Assembly: GCF_009914755.1 (NCBI RefSeq)
Contig: NC_060926.1
Length of the DNA: 64,000 nucleotides
From: the human T2T-CHM13v2.0 reference genome, Homo sapiens
Reading direction: 5' to 3' (one strand)
In this document: positions 13,075 through 29,959 of the stretch, one piece after another
How positions within the stretch are numbered: position 1 is the first letter of the stretch
Layout of the letters: every line of letters starts with the position of its first letter
Notes under the pieces: generated by a model
What the model was told of the DNA's origin: nothing
The model's database searches: none
Seen by the model: only the letters and a program-made list of their open reading frames with translations
Translations under genes and position numbers: made by a program

Positions 13075-15323
13075 AGTAAGGAACAAAATGGCTGACTAGA
13101 CACAGCAAGGAAGTGCTGCTCCCACTGAGAGACACCAAAATATTGAGTAAACCAGCATACTTCAAACAGATCTTCAGAGAGAAAACACTGAGACTCAGTA
13201 GAGAGGCAATGAAGACACTGAGGCTGAAGAGTGGGGAAGCTAGGATCCCAGCACGGAGTTGCTGAGAGCCAGCACTAGTTCCCAGCCTTGAATGGCTCCT
13301 AGGGAAGCGGGGAGTGACATTGAGGGTGGGATGGCCCACTCTTGCCACGAAACTCTGGGATCCCAGGTACAAGAGATCCCATGACCCCCCACAGACAGTT
13401 AAATTAACAGGGGGATCTCCCTGGAGAATAGGCAGAGGCATAACTCCAACCTGAGCAGAGCCCAGGGAGTTTTGTGCACAGAGCAGCTGCAGCAAAATGT
13501 GGCCATAGGCGCTCACCCTTCAAGGCGATCCATCTTCTTGTGAGTAGCTCTAGCCCCAGCTGATCACTAAGCCAAGAGACAGCAGGACTGTCTTTCCCAT
13601 GGGACTGGAGTACATCTATTCTGCAGTCCCCCTGCCCAGCAGCCCTTTGAAAGGTTCCAGTTTGGCTTCTCCCATAGGAGTGTGTGCACAGCGTAGCCTC
13701 TATTGTGCAGCCTGGGTGCTATGCTGGCAGCCCTGCCTGAGTGCTTTCCCAATGGCCTGAGAGCACTTTGGATCCACTGATACAGCCAGTGCCCATCCCA
13801 GAGGGGCCAAAGGATGGAGCTGTGGGCCCAGTCCCAACACTCCAGAGTTGCAGCATGCAGCTTGGGAGTGTGAAGCTAAGATCTGTGGCCAATCCTTGAG
13901 CAGGGAAGGAGCTCCCACTCTGAGAACACTGAAGAGGGGTGGGATGTGGGTTCGAGGGCTGGCACAGGAGTGGGGCATGCCTCCCTCCGCAGGGCCGGTC
14001 TGGGAAGAGTGCACCCTGTTTGCCAGCCGCAGCCTCTGACAAAGGGAGCACCATGGCCCAGAACACCCAACAAATGAAACACAGGTGCAGTGCCAGTGAT
14101 GGAAGGGGGCTCCCCTAAGGCCCAGGAGTGGACCTGGTGAAAGAGTCATCTCTCTCCCACACACACACTTGGAAAAAATATTTGAAGATATATTCCATGA
14201 AAAATTCCCCAACTCACTCAAGAGGTTGACATGCAAATTCAAGAAATATAGAGAACCCCTGAGTAATGCTATACAAGATGACCATGCCCAAGGCACAGTC
14301 ATCAGATTCGCAAAGGTCAATATAAAAGAAAATAATATAAAGGCAGCTAGAAAGAAGGGTCAAGTCACTTATAAAGGAAATAGCATTAGGCAAGCAGCAG
14401 ACCTCTCAGCAGAAACCTTATAAGCCAAAAGAGATTGGAGGCCTATTTTCAGTGTCCTTAAAGAAAAGAAATTCCAACTAAGAATTTAACATCCCACCAA
14501 ACTAAGCTTCATAAGCAGAGAAGTAAAATCCTTTTCAGACAAGCAAACACTAAAGGAATTCATTACCACTAGACCAGCCTTAAAAGAGGTGTTTAACAAA
14601 GCACTAAATACAGAAATGAAAGAATTATACTGACTGCCACAAAAACACACCTAAATACGTAGCCCACAGACTCTATAAAGGAACTACGCAATCAAATCTA
14701 TGAAACAACCAGCTAATAACACAGTAACACAATCTCACATATCAATACTAACCTTGAATATAAACAGTCTAAATACCCCACTTAAAAGGCACAGAGTGGC
14801 AAGGTGAATAAAAAGATGACCCAATTATATGCTCTCTTCAAGAGACCCATTTCACATTTAACACTCATAGACTCAAAGTAAAGGAATGGAGAAAGGTCTA
14901 GTCTATTATACAAATGGAAAATAAAAAAGAGCAGGGATTGCTATTTTTATATCAGATAAACCAGATGTAAACCAACAACAAGCAAGAAGGACAAAGATGG
15001 GTATTACATAATGATAAAGGGTTTGATTCAACAAGACTTAACTATCCTAAATATATACACACTCCACAATGAAGCAGCCAGATGCATAAAACAAGTTCTA
15101 GTGGAAGCCTTGAACACCCTACTGACAGTGTTATACAGATCATTGAGAACAGAAAACTGACAAAGAAACTCTGGACTTAAACTTGATGCTCAAACCACTA
15201 GACCTAACAAACATCTACAGAACACACAATAACCACACAATATACTTTCTTCTCATACGCACATGGAATGTATTCTAAGATCAACCACATGCTTGGTCAT
15301 ATGGCAAGACTCAATTAATTTAA

Positions 15324-16064
<741 letters not shown>

Positions 16065-17765
16065 AAGCAGAAAGATTTCTATAGAGAGAACTACAAAACA
16101 CTGCTGAAAGAAATCAGAGATGACATAAACAAATGGAAAAATATTCCATGCTCATATTTAACAGATTGGAAGAATCAATATTGTTAACATGGCCATACTG
16201 TCCAAAGCAATTTACAGATTCAACACTATTCCTATCAAACTACTAACATCATTTTTCAAATAATTATAAAAACCTATTCTAAAATTCATATGGAACCAAA
16301 AAAGAGCCTAAATAGCCAAAGCAATCATAAGCAAAAGGACAAAGCTGGAGGAATCACATTACCTGACTTCAAACTATACTATAAGACTACAGTAATCAAA
16401 ACAGCATGGTACTGGTACAAAAACAGACACACAGACTAAGAGAACAGAATAGAAAACCCAGAAATAAAGCTACACACCTACAACCATCTGATCTTTGACA
16501 AACTCAACAAAAAGAGCAATAGGGAAAAGACTCCCTGTTCAATAAATGGTACTGGGATAACTGGTTACCCATATGCAGAAGAATGAAACTGGACCCCTAC
16601 CTTTCATCAGATTCAAAAATTCACTCAAGATGGACTAAAGAATTAAATGTAAGACCTCAAACTACAAAATTCTAGAAGAAATTCTAGGAAATACCTTTCT
16701 TGATATTGACCTTGGCGAAGAATTTATGGCTAAGTCCTCAAAAGCAATTGTAACAAAGATAAAAATTGACAAGTGTGACCTAGTTATACTAAAGAGCTTC
16801 TGCACAGCAAAAGAAATTATCAATAAACAGGCAACCTACAGAATGGGAGAAAATATTCACCAACTATGCATCCAACAAAGGTCTAATATCCAGAATCTAT
16901 AATGAACTTAAATCAACAACCAAAAAACCAATAACCCCAGTAAAAGTGGGCAAAGGACATGAACAGACACTTCTCAAAAGAAGGCCTACAAGTGGCCAAC
17001 AAACATATGAAACAATGGTCACCACCACTAATCATTACAGAAATGCAAATCACACAACATCTCACGTATCAATACTAACCTTGAATATAAACAGTCTCAT
17101 CAAAAACACAATGAGATACCACGACACATTAGTCAGAATGGCTCTTGTTAAGAAGTCAAAAAATAACAGATGTTGGTGAGTCTGCAGAAAAAAGGGGACA
17201 TTTATACACTATAGGTGGAAATGTAAATTAGTCTAGCCACTGTGGAGAACAGATGGGCCATTTCTCAAAGAAGCAAGAGTTGAACTACCATTTGACCAAG
17301 CAATCCCATTACTGAGTATATACCCAAAGGAAAATCAATTGTTCTACCAAAAAAAAAAAATGCAACCCATATCTTCATTGCAGAGCTAGTTACAACAGCA
17401 AAAAAATGGAGTCAACCTAGGTGCCCAACAACAGTAGACTAGATAAAGAAAATATGGTACATATACACCGTGGAATGCTATGCAGCCATAACAAAGAACA
17501 AAATTATATCCTTTGCAGCATCATGGACACAGCTAAAAGCCATTATCCTAAGTAAACTAATGCAAAAACAGAAAACCAAATACCACATGTTCTCACTTAT
17601 AAGTGGGAGCTAAACACTGGATACGCACAGCCATAAAGATTGGAATAACAGACACTGGGGACTACTAGAGGGGAGAGAGAATGATAGGGGCAAGGGCTGA
17701 AAAACTACCTGTTGGGTATTATGCTAACCACCAGGGTGACATATTCAGTTATACCCCAAATCTCA

Positions 17766-18010
<245 letters not shown>

Positions 18011-18569
18011 AAAATAAATTCTATTAGTTTAAAGAAACAAAAAAGAAAGTCACATTCAAATATGGAAAAATAGTCATAAATCCTGTCAACATTGTTCACC
18101 AGTATCTCAAGAACAAGACAGCAGCAAAAAGTTCTAATCACTGTAAGTGCAGAAGAAATTTTCACAATGCTCATAAATGGGTGGTTCACTGCCAAGCTTT
18201 CCTTACCCAATATCGAATTAGTCATAGAAATCTAAGAAAGATGATTCACTTAAAAAAAAAACAGAAGGGAAAAACGAAGTCAAGAAGTGATTCTGATTTA
18301 TGAAATGGGGGATGGCGGTACCATTTTCAGAGTTTTTTTTTTACATGCTTCAGCGCTCCAAAAACAAATGTGAGAAATTAACACTAAAATAAACATATCA
18401 TTACCATCAATATCACCAACTACTTAAATGTACATCTATACAATTACAGAAACAACAAACCAAACAGTATCCTTTCCTAATTATTCATAAAATGTTAAAA
18501 CATGATGCCATAATCCACCATTTTTAAAGAGGAGAAACAGAGATGAAACATGCTATCGCACTTTAAACT

Positions 18570-19330
18570 AGGGATCTCTATACAGTCTGTGTGTTGCGGG
18601 AAAGCATGTGTTGAGAAACGCGTGGAAGTTGTTTTATCACAATAATTAGTATGGTAGCCAGGCACTATTGGCAGCAGGTAGAGCCAGGGATGCTAGACAA
18701 CCTGAAATATGTGGGATAGTCCTGTAAAATGAAGAAATATCCCACATCACTCTCAACTATCTGATGTCCCTGTGGACATTCATGTAAGTCAAAAGAAAAT
18801 GCTTGAATTAGTTACCTGAACCCACAACTTAATAGCAGTATTCATGAAATATGTTTTGCACAGCTTTAATATGCACTGAACTTACAGAAATGTAACAGCC
18901 ATATAAATTAGGGGAAATTGTATTTTGTAGTTTTTTCATAACTCTACAAAAGTTGCTCACTAACTCAGAAAATTAAGCACCAATTGTAATGCTGCTTATG
19001 GCATTTAAACTGCAAATACAGCATGCTGGAATGAGTTTGTACTTTAGCACACAAGGTATCTGTAAACAAGTATCCAACTACTTCACTATGCTGTCAATAT
19101 TTCATTATGTCTTCAAGCATTTATAGATGAAAATATATAATATTTTGTTATAAATTATTTTCATTTTATTTCCTGTTTATACTACATTTAGGGCATCATA
19201 TTTTTGTGAATTGTGTAGATATATTATTAATAGCTATAAGTTTAATTATTTCAAGACTGTAAAAGGGGCATCATAAAATATTCCTTATAAAAAGGCAGTA
19301 TTAGGTTTGACAGAATTGAACCAATAAGTT
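18570..19330. mobile_element. MER20B-like hAT-Charlie relic
   Basis: gtagagccagggatgctagacaacctgaaatatgtgggatagtcc is the MER20-family core. Confidence 0.6.
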
Positions 19331-19334
19331 AGAC

Positions 19335-19935
19335 TATATCATTTCTCCCCTGGAATTCTGCAATATTTCTCAATTAGGTCTCTCTTTGTTTAATCAGGCC
19401 TAGACACTGCTTACCCTTACCAGTAAGCCTTCCTAAAAGATAAGTTTGATCATGCCCCTCTGCTATTCATAAATATTTGATAGGGCTGACAGTAAAAACC
19501 CCAAATCCTCAAAATGGCATTCAAGACTCTGTGATATGATGATATTATTTGCCCAACAATCTTTCTTTTCAGGAAATTGCTCTACTTCTCACAGTGAAAA
19601 CTTTCTTTATTATTAAAGAACCTGGAACACCTCTACCTTCTGGCTCTTCTGCTTCTTTACTGAATGCTATTCTTAATCTCTTTTGCTGGCTACTCTTTTC
19701 CTCATCCTCTCAATGTTGGAGAGTTTCTGTGCTCAGTCCTTGGAGTTCTCTCTTCTCTACTGACACTTATTTTCTATGTGATTCCATCCAGTTCTATGAT
19801 GAATCCCAGAATTATACTAGCAGCTTAGGCCCCTCCCATGAACCTCAGACTCATAAATTCAATCCAATCACCCTACTCAACATTTCTACTTGGATGTCTT
19901 AGAGCTACCTCAAACTTAACATGTACAAAATCAAA
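19335..19935. mobile_element. L2 fragments
   Basis: catttctacttggatgtctt...cctcaaacttaacatgtacaaaatcaaattc. Confidence 0.65.
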
Positions 19936-20232
19936 TTCTAAGACTTGGAACTGTGAAACTACCAGAAAAAAAACATTGGGGAAATGCTCCAGAACACTGG
20001 ATGGACAAAGATTTTTTGTGTAGAACCTCAAAAACATAGGCAACAAAAGCAAAAATAGACAAACAGGATTACATTAAGCTAAAAAGCTTTGGCACAATAA
20101 AAGAAACAATCAAGAAGGTGAAGAGACAACCAAAGAATGGAAGAAAATGTTTGCAACCTATCTATCTGACAAGGGACTAATAACCAGAACATATAAGGAG
20201 CTCAAACAACTCAATAGTAAAACAAAATCTCA

Positions 20233-20865
<633 letters not shown>

Positions 20866-21251
20866 TCATCAAAGAAATGCAAATCAAAACCACAATGATA
20901 TCTCACCCCAATCAGAATTACTTTTATCAAAAAGACAGGGAATAGCAGGGTGCTGGCAAGGATATGGAGGACGGGGTACCCTCATACATTGTTGGTGGCA
21001 ATGTAAATTAGTACAGTCACTACAGAGAACTGTATGGAAGTTCCTCAAAAAACTAAGAACAGAACTACCATATGAGCCAGCAATTCGACTACTGGGTATA
21101 TATCCAAAAAAAAAAAAAAAAAGATGAAATCAATATATCAAAGAGATATCTACACTCGCATGTTTATTGCAGCACTACTCACAACAGACAAAATATGGAA
21201 TCAACCTACATATCCATCAATGGATAAACAGATAAAGAAAAGCCGGTATAT

Positions 21252-21490
21252 GGCCAGGTGCAGTGGCTCACGCGTGTAATCCTAGCACCTTGGGAGGCTG
21301 AGGCAGGCGGATCACGAGGTCAGGACATCGAGACCATCCTGGCTAACACGGTGAAACCCGGCCTCTACTAACCCGGGAGGCGGAGCTTGCAGTGAGTCGA
21401 GATCGCGCCACTGCACTCCAGCCTGGGGGACAGAGCGAGACTCTGTCTCAAAAAAAAAAAAAAAAGAAAAAGAAAAAGAAAAGAAAAGAA
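21252..21490 (+). mobile_element. AluY with internal deletion
   Basis: ctctactaa|cccgggaggcggagcttgc junction removes the linker and 5' part of the right arm. Confidence 0.92.
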
Positions 21491-22099
21491 AACGTGGTAT
21501 ATATACACAATGGAATACTACTCATCCATAAGAGATGAAATCCTGTCAGATGCAGCTACATGGATAGAACCAAAGGTCATTACATTAAGTGAAATAAGCC
21601 AAGCACAAAAAGACAAATATCACATGTTCTCACTCATATGTGAGAGCTTGAAAAGTGGGTCTCATGAGGATGGAGAGTACATTGATGGTTACCAGAGGCT
21701 GGGATAGGTTGGGGGATGGTGGTGAAGAGAGTACTAATTGATACAAACATACACTTAGAGGAAATAAGACCTGATGTTCAATAGTGTGACTACATTAAAC
21801 AATCAATTGTACATTTCAAAATAGCTAGAAGAGAATAACTGGAATGTTCCTAGCATAAAGAAAAGATACATATTTAAGGTGATGGATATCCCAATTACTC
21901 TGATTTGATTATATGAATGTATCAAATTATCACATATACCCTGAAAATATGTGCATATAATATGTATCAATAAAAAAGAAAATATTCAGAAAAAACAATT
22001 AAAATAGCAATAAAACAATAAATAATAATATTTTTTAAATCCTCCAGTGGTTTCCTTCTCACTCAAAGACAAGTCTTTACATTGACTCTCAAGGCCTAC

Positions 22100-22230
22100 A
22101 TTAGTATTTACCAAGCCTGGGTACATATTAGAATCAGCTAATAAAGGATACTTTTAAAATATACTAATGCCCAGGTTCCAGCCTCAGTAATTCAGATTCA
22201 ACTGGTCTAGAGGGTAGGGTATTGGTATTT
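22100..22230. mobile_element. MER5-like fragment
   Basis: attagaatcagc...aaaatatactaatgcccagg...cagattcaactggtct. Confidence 0.55.
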
Positions 22231-22249
22231 ACTGAATGAAAGGCTATGA

Positions 22250-22745
22250 TTGACAATAACCTGCCCAGCCGTTCCCAACACAGGGATGCCTACAACTCTG
22301 GCTAGCCAGAGTATCCCATTCCTCCGGTCTTGTTTTGATTGAGCATATGATTCAAGCTAAGTCATATTCTGGGCTTTTGGTGAAGTTATCTGGTGAAGTA
22401 TATGGTTAATGTTTAACATTATGTAAGCCCAGAGCTGCTGAAGGCCATCATTGTCACCCTTCATTGTTAAAGTCTCCTTAACAATAAAGTCTTAACAAAG
22501 AAAAGCAGATTATTTAGCACACTAGACCCATGTGTGTTTAAAGGGAGATCCAGTCCTGAAACTTTCAATTATAGGTGCCAGTAAATTCCTTTCTTTTACC
22601 TTACCTTAGTCAAAAAATATATATTATTATTTTTATTTTATTTTTTTATTTATTTTATTATTTTTTATTTTATTTTTTTATTTTTTTTTGACTAAGGTAA
22701 TTTAAGTTAGGTTTCTATCACTGGAAAGAAAATAATTCCTATCAC
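22250..22745 (+). mobile_element. Old MLT1 (J/K-type) LTR
   Basis: gagctgctgaaggccatcattg...gccagtaaattcct...gttaggtttctatcact. Confidence 0.6.
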
Positions 22746-23359
22746 AATTATAAGCATGTACTTAGTTTTTAAATTCCTAAGATTAGTCTTTTACCACCAT
22801 CAGCCCTCAATTAGACAGCAAGACCCATAACAGAAAAATTATTCTCTTCACACTTGTATCTATCACATTAATAGTACAGTGTCTGACAAACGGCAGATAC
22901 TGAAATATTCATCTACCAATGAAACGATTTGGGGGGGGTTTAATATTTAAAACTTCCCTTCATTTAGAAGTAACACTGAAGAAGGATATTTGCTTTTGCA
23001 GAAAGGATGGATTCTATGACTTTAAAGGTTTCTGTCACCACTTTGATTTTATGAGACTCTATAATCTCTTTATATCAGTGACTTTCACCAGAAAGTTTCA
23101 GCTATCTCACTTCACCTCTCCCCAGTTTGGTCCTTTCAATTCCCACCAATCAAGCGTACTCCCAATCTCATTTCAAGGACACCATCCTTCTGAGATTTCT
23201 CTCAAGTGTTGCTCTATGATTAAGAAGGTCCTACCTTCTACAGATGATCACACTCCCCATCTTCTTATAGAAAGTATTTTGTTAATTAATAGTCTTGGAA
23301 CCAGTGCTATCTGAACATTCAGTGTTCTTCACCTTCACACATTTGTCCACAAACATTAA

Positions 23360-23710
<351 letters not shown>

Positions 23711-24411
23711 GATTGTGCAACTGACTGAAAAACATAAATAATGATAAATAGATAAACAGATAAATAGTGATTATCTGTTTAAATTCCAAAGGCCTAAAGA
23801 ATACACAGTGTCAATGTAACTAAGCTGTGCAATGCACAATAATACATGTGTGTAACAATGATATTTAAATGCTTCCTAAATATATTCCTTTTAATATTTT
23901 TAGGCTAATACTAAACTTTGATGCATAAACCCTCCACAAAATCGGGTTGACGTGTTCTTTACATACCACTCAAAACAAGCACTACTAAAATATCTTGCTC
24001 TACTATGATTTGTACAGGTATACACCCAAAACAGTACACTCCAGAGGAGGCTGATAAATGCTATATGATCAAGGAATATCACTAACTGGTTCTTTGAACT
24101 TTGTACTGACTTTCATGTTTGGAACTCTGTAACACAAAACTGCCACAGTTGATTAAAAAATGAAAAGCTGAACGAGATCTCTCCTGGTATAAAGATAGCA
24201 TTTAAACATTCTATTAGTCTGATAGCATTAAACAGAATCTTCTGAACAACCTACCTAAAAGCTGAGATTCTCTGTAAATGACTGTGCAAACTGGATTAAT
24301 TATTTGAATTTTTTCTTGTGGAATCTTTACAGCTCATAAGATCCCCTGACGCAGTTTCAAGCAGCTAAATGCCTTAAACTGGCAGGTCAAACATCAAAAT
24401 TAGAAAACACA

Positions 24412-24699
24412 GGCCAGGCACCATGGCACATGCCTATAATCCCAGCACTTTGGGAGGCCGAGGCAGGTGAATCACTTGAGCCCAGGAGTTTGAGACCAGC
24501 CTGGGAAACATGGCAAAATCCTGTCTCTACAAAAAATACAAAAATTAGCCAGGCATGGTGGCATGTGCCTGTGCTCTCAACTACTCTAGAGGCTGAGATG
24601 GAGAGAACCACTTGAGCCTGGGAGGTTACGGCTGCAGTGAGCCAAGATCACACCACTGCACTCTAGCCTGGGTGACAAAGTGAGACCATGTCTCAAAAA
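24412..24699 (+). mobile_element. AluJ
   Basis: AluJ diagnostics (cttgagcccaggagtt, ggctgcagtgagcc). Confidence 0.9.
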
Positions 24700-26149
24700 T
24701 CTTTTTTAAAAAGTTGGTGGGGGCGGGGGGGCGGACAATGTACAAAACACAAAGTTTTCTATTTATCCTTTATCTTTGGCTCAGTATACTTATGTGGTGC
24801 TTTCCTCTATGTTCTACTAATACCTCCCTGGCACTTGAATCAAGCTATAGCTCCCTCTGTAGTAGAAATTTTTTTTTAAAGACAAACACACAGACACCCC
24901 TTCACTGACTTTTTCCAAAAAAGTTCTCATTGAATAGAAGATAGACTCCAGAAAACAACCCTTATGAAGGCATATGGCATGAACAGACCAGGCTCTGAAC
25001 TAATATGTGTACAATTCATTCTAGTTTAAAAAAAAAAAAAAAGAAGAAGAAGAAGAAGGTTTTCAACTTTTGAGAAGGGAAAAAAATCAGTTTTACTTAT
25101 GATAAGCCACTCTTAGTCTTTAGAGAATGCCCTGGCCATTTTCTGTCTCTCAACTCAGAACTTCAACCTTTCAAATTATTTTTTAAAAAGGTTCAAACAC
25201 TACAAAGCATCTGATTTAGTGAAAAGCACTTTAAATACCTCTCCAAGTACTCCCCACAGGATCAAAATGTCATAGAAATGTTGTAAACACTATCAGTCAT
25301 GTTCCAGAGAACAATTTAAACAAACATTGTTTTGCTCTTTTGTCTGGAAAAGTAATTTCTGAAGTGAAGAGTTCAAAACTTTTAGCCCTACATATTACGC
25401 AGTAAGAAAAAAAAATACATCTTTTAAGCATCAGAAGCAGAGTACACAATAGGCTTTGTCTTGTTAAACAAAAGAACATGCTTTTCTTTTCAATCATTTC
25501 CAGCTGTATGATCTGGCCTTCACAGAATCAGAAATTAACAGCATATGGCATCTGGCTACCTGCACAGACTACATATAAAATTTGAAATCTTCAATAAGAT
25601 TAACGAGTCTAGTGGTTGAAAGTGGAGGGGGAACCACCGAACACCATTTCTTATACAGAGGCAATAACTCTAACCAAAGAGGGCAAGAAAAATCGTCCCT
25701 ACCTAATCAGATGTCAACTATATTCCTGTGAAGTGACTCATATCACAAGATCTTTATACCTCCTAGGCAACTTTTAAAAGATACTACCACTGGCTACATA
25801 ACTGTTTTGACTTTCAAACAAGAAAGGAATTCTACCAAAAACCCCCAGAACAAAAACGTTCTGGACTAATCCACCTTATGAGAGATACATGAGAGTGATG
25901 CTTTGGACCCAAATGAGCCAGAAAGAAGAAAAACACAAATGACTATCATTCTCATCATAAATAAATTCCACTAAATCTTAGTAGCAGAATGTCTTTTAGT
26001 CTATTTGCGTAGAATCTTACCCTAAGATTCAGCCATACAGCCCAAATCTCTAATCTGATTCTCAGCTAGCGTAATATAAACCCTAGAACTTCCTTCCTGT
26101 AGTTGTACACAGATGGGGGAATGAGTGTAGGATAGCAAAGAGTAAGTAT

Positions 26150-26300
26150 CAGCAGTGTGCAATGGCTCGCATCTGTAATCCAGCACTTCAGGAGGCCAAG
26201 GCAGGCAGATCCCTTGAGCCCAGGAGTTCAAGACCAGCCTGGGCAACATGGTGAAACCCTATCTTTATTTTTATATTTAAAAAAAAACAAAAAAAGGAAA
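26150..26300 (+). mobile_element. FLAM_C / AluJ left monomer
   Basis: Single monomer with tail; flanked by aagtatcagca twice. Confidence 0.85.
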
Positions 26301-27325
26301 AAGGTATAATAAGTATCAGCAAACTTAGAAGAAATATCTGCTCAAAACAGTCAAGACTGATCCTTTCCTCCCCCTCCCCAACTCTTTCCTCTACAGCTTC
26401 AGACACCAAACACCTTCAAGTCTACTCTTCACACTTTTAATTCTGTTTCATCTGGATCCTGTCCAAAACACTCTGAGTTGAGCTTCAGTGGGCCTAGAAG
26501 TCAAACAGTGCTACATTCTTTGACAGTTTACTTCCTAACTCCTAGGAGAGAGAAAAAATGCAGTTTATTCACAAATATCATCAAAGGTGGGTTTGCTTAA
26601 AGTAATTTCATCAACAAAGTTTAATTCTGCCTTCAAGTCTTTGGATTTCATAAAAGAGTACTCAACAGTGCCTAACATGAAGACATGTAGAAAATCCAAG
26701 CACATTTAGAACAGAATTGAAGTCTCTTAACGACATACAACTCAGAAAATACAAAATAAAAAGATGAGCAATCCATGAGGAAGTTAACTACTTCATTATT
26801 TTTAAGACATGCATGGTCTAAGGACAATCAACCACTGGAATTCCTAAATCAAAGACTCTTTTAGTGACAATAGAGGATTGCTAGATTGCAGTAGGACTCT
26901 CTAGATTTAATTAAAAAAAAATATTTAAAAGAATAACAAACATGTTTTCCCTCTCAGATTCTCCCTCTCTCTACAGTTCTCACCAGGACCCTGACAGCCT
27001 GACAACATCAATGTATTGCACATCCTGAGGCACTAGGTCAACTGCAGGAATCTATCACAGCTGTTAATGTTTTATCTTCACTTGAAATTTCAGAAATGCA
27101 AATGCAATGTACCAACAGCTGTTCACACTTTCAATTTTTTCTTGCAAAGCAGGTCATGAAATGTGGCTCGCTAAACATTTGTAACACAGTTACCAATTTG
27201 TGTTTCAAGACCTATAAATACTGCTGCCACTAGTGTACAATCTGATTTCACTGCCCAGTAGTGAAACAGTGCGGCTAGAGGTCCACCAGGAAGGAGATAT
27301 GTCTGCTTATTAAGGAACTGGGGCA

Positions 27326-27669
<344 letters not shown>

Positions 27670-27879
27670 TTAAATTAGAACATAGATACACTAACATGTA
27701 TGCATGCACACATCAAATTAGTGAGCAATATGAATTCTCAATACGTGCACCTAATTAAAATTTGTGAGGACCTATTGTTTTGTAATCTACTAGGATTTCA
27801 TAAGACACAAAGAAAAAATACCTCAAGATACAATCTCTCTCCTCTAAAGTAAACACACCAACAGGATAACTCTTAAAAT

Positions 27880-28345
<466 letters not shown>

Positions 28346-28759
28346 TAAAACAAATATATTTAAAGGTAAACCAAAGAAATGTGGGTTTCTTAGTTGTAAT
28401 CTGTCAAGATTATGTTTTTTGGAAGTGTATTTTCATTAAGAAAAGGAAGGAAGTTTGGCAGAAAGAATAACATTTCTGATTTAAAAACTGGTAATCCCAT
28501 GAGATTTCACCAATGGCATAAAGTTGTAAAATGAATTGGGAGGAGGTAACAGAAAAAGCAAAGTGTGCATTCATAATTGGAGAAAATATTCTCCGAAGAA
28601 AACAGAAAAGAGGAAATATAAAATTGTTAAATCTTAGAAGCTGATGGAAATGGCAACAAAAGGTTTCAAAAGAGAAATGGAATATAAACAATGCTTGGCT
28701 GGAAACAATGATTCTGGTGGTATTAGCAATGGTGACCAGTCAAGGGAAGGCTGCACGGA

Positions 28760-29350
28760 TTAGAGGTTAAGAGCACAGACTCTGAACAAATGATCCTGGA
28801 TTGACTCCTAGACCTAAGCAAATTTTTTTCTTTCATAAAATTTGGATGAGATTTATAGATTAAATAAGAATACAACATAAATATAAATTTCCTGATTTTC
28901 ATAATGTGATTATATAAGAGAATGCTTTTTTCCTAAAGATGTCATTATCTCTATAATGAATTCTAAAGTTGTTTAGGAAAATATATATGGATAATAAAAG
29001 GAGAAAGCAAATATGGAAAAAATGCTAACATTTGGGGAATCCAGATAAAGTGTATATGGACTTGTTTGTGCTATTTCTGCAAGTTTTCTGTAAGTCTGCT
29101 ATTATTTCAAGAAAAGGGTTCTAAAAAATCATAGGCTCTGAAGTATGGCTGCCTAGCTTCAAATCCTGGCTCTGCTACTTATTAGCTATGTAACAATTGA
29201 CAAGTACATTTTTTAACTTCTCTTTACCTATTTCCTAATTTGTAAAATTGAGACAATAAAAGTATTAGCCCAAGTTGTTGTAAATAATAAAATAATAATC
29301 AGAGACTTCATCTAAAGCATTTACAACAGCACCTAACAGATAAGAAGCAT
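28760..29350. mobile_element. MIR fragments with intervening L1ME 3' fragment
   Basis: ggttaagagcacagactctg; ttcaaatcctggctctgctacttattagctatgt; L1ME-like ttttctgtaagtctgctattatttcaa. Confidence 0.6.
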
Positions 29351-29358
29351 TTTGATCT

Positions 29359-29660
<302 letters not shown>

Positions 29661-29959
29661 GAGCACTCCAATCTTCATCATTATTGTTACCATTATTTGT
29701 TTTTATATAACCCTTTTCCATCCCCATTTCACCACACCATTCTCTGTCTTAGATCAAGTCAATTCTAGGGGAAAAAAGACAGAAGCAAGCAAACTTAATG
29801 GGAAAAGTTATGGTTCTTTAGTTAGAGGTTTATCGCTCTTCAGTGTGGACTCCCAGCCTCCAGACTGTTCCTCCTTTAACCTATCCTCTGAATGCTGTCA
29901 AGGAATCTTCAATCTTCACACACACACCCGCTTACATACAACTCTGATAAGTTTATGCC

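Noticed and set aside
13061-14320. GC-rich region with overlapping ORFs resembling a promoter or gene
   Set aside because: It is the 5'UTR of the old L1PA15/16-like element; CpG-decayed, with no recognisable protein
22919-23314. 131-aa ORF in non-repeat sequence
   Set aside because: No recognisable domain, composition typical of random AT-rich DNA, opposite to the inferred host strand
26020-26096. Minus-strand exon-like segment (ctacag|GAAGG...TTAGG|gtaaga)
   Set aside because: Poor polypyrimidine tract and in-frame stop; expected by chance
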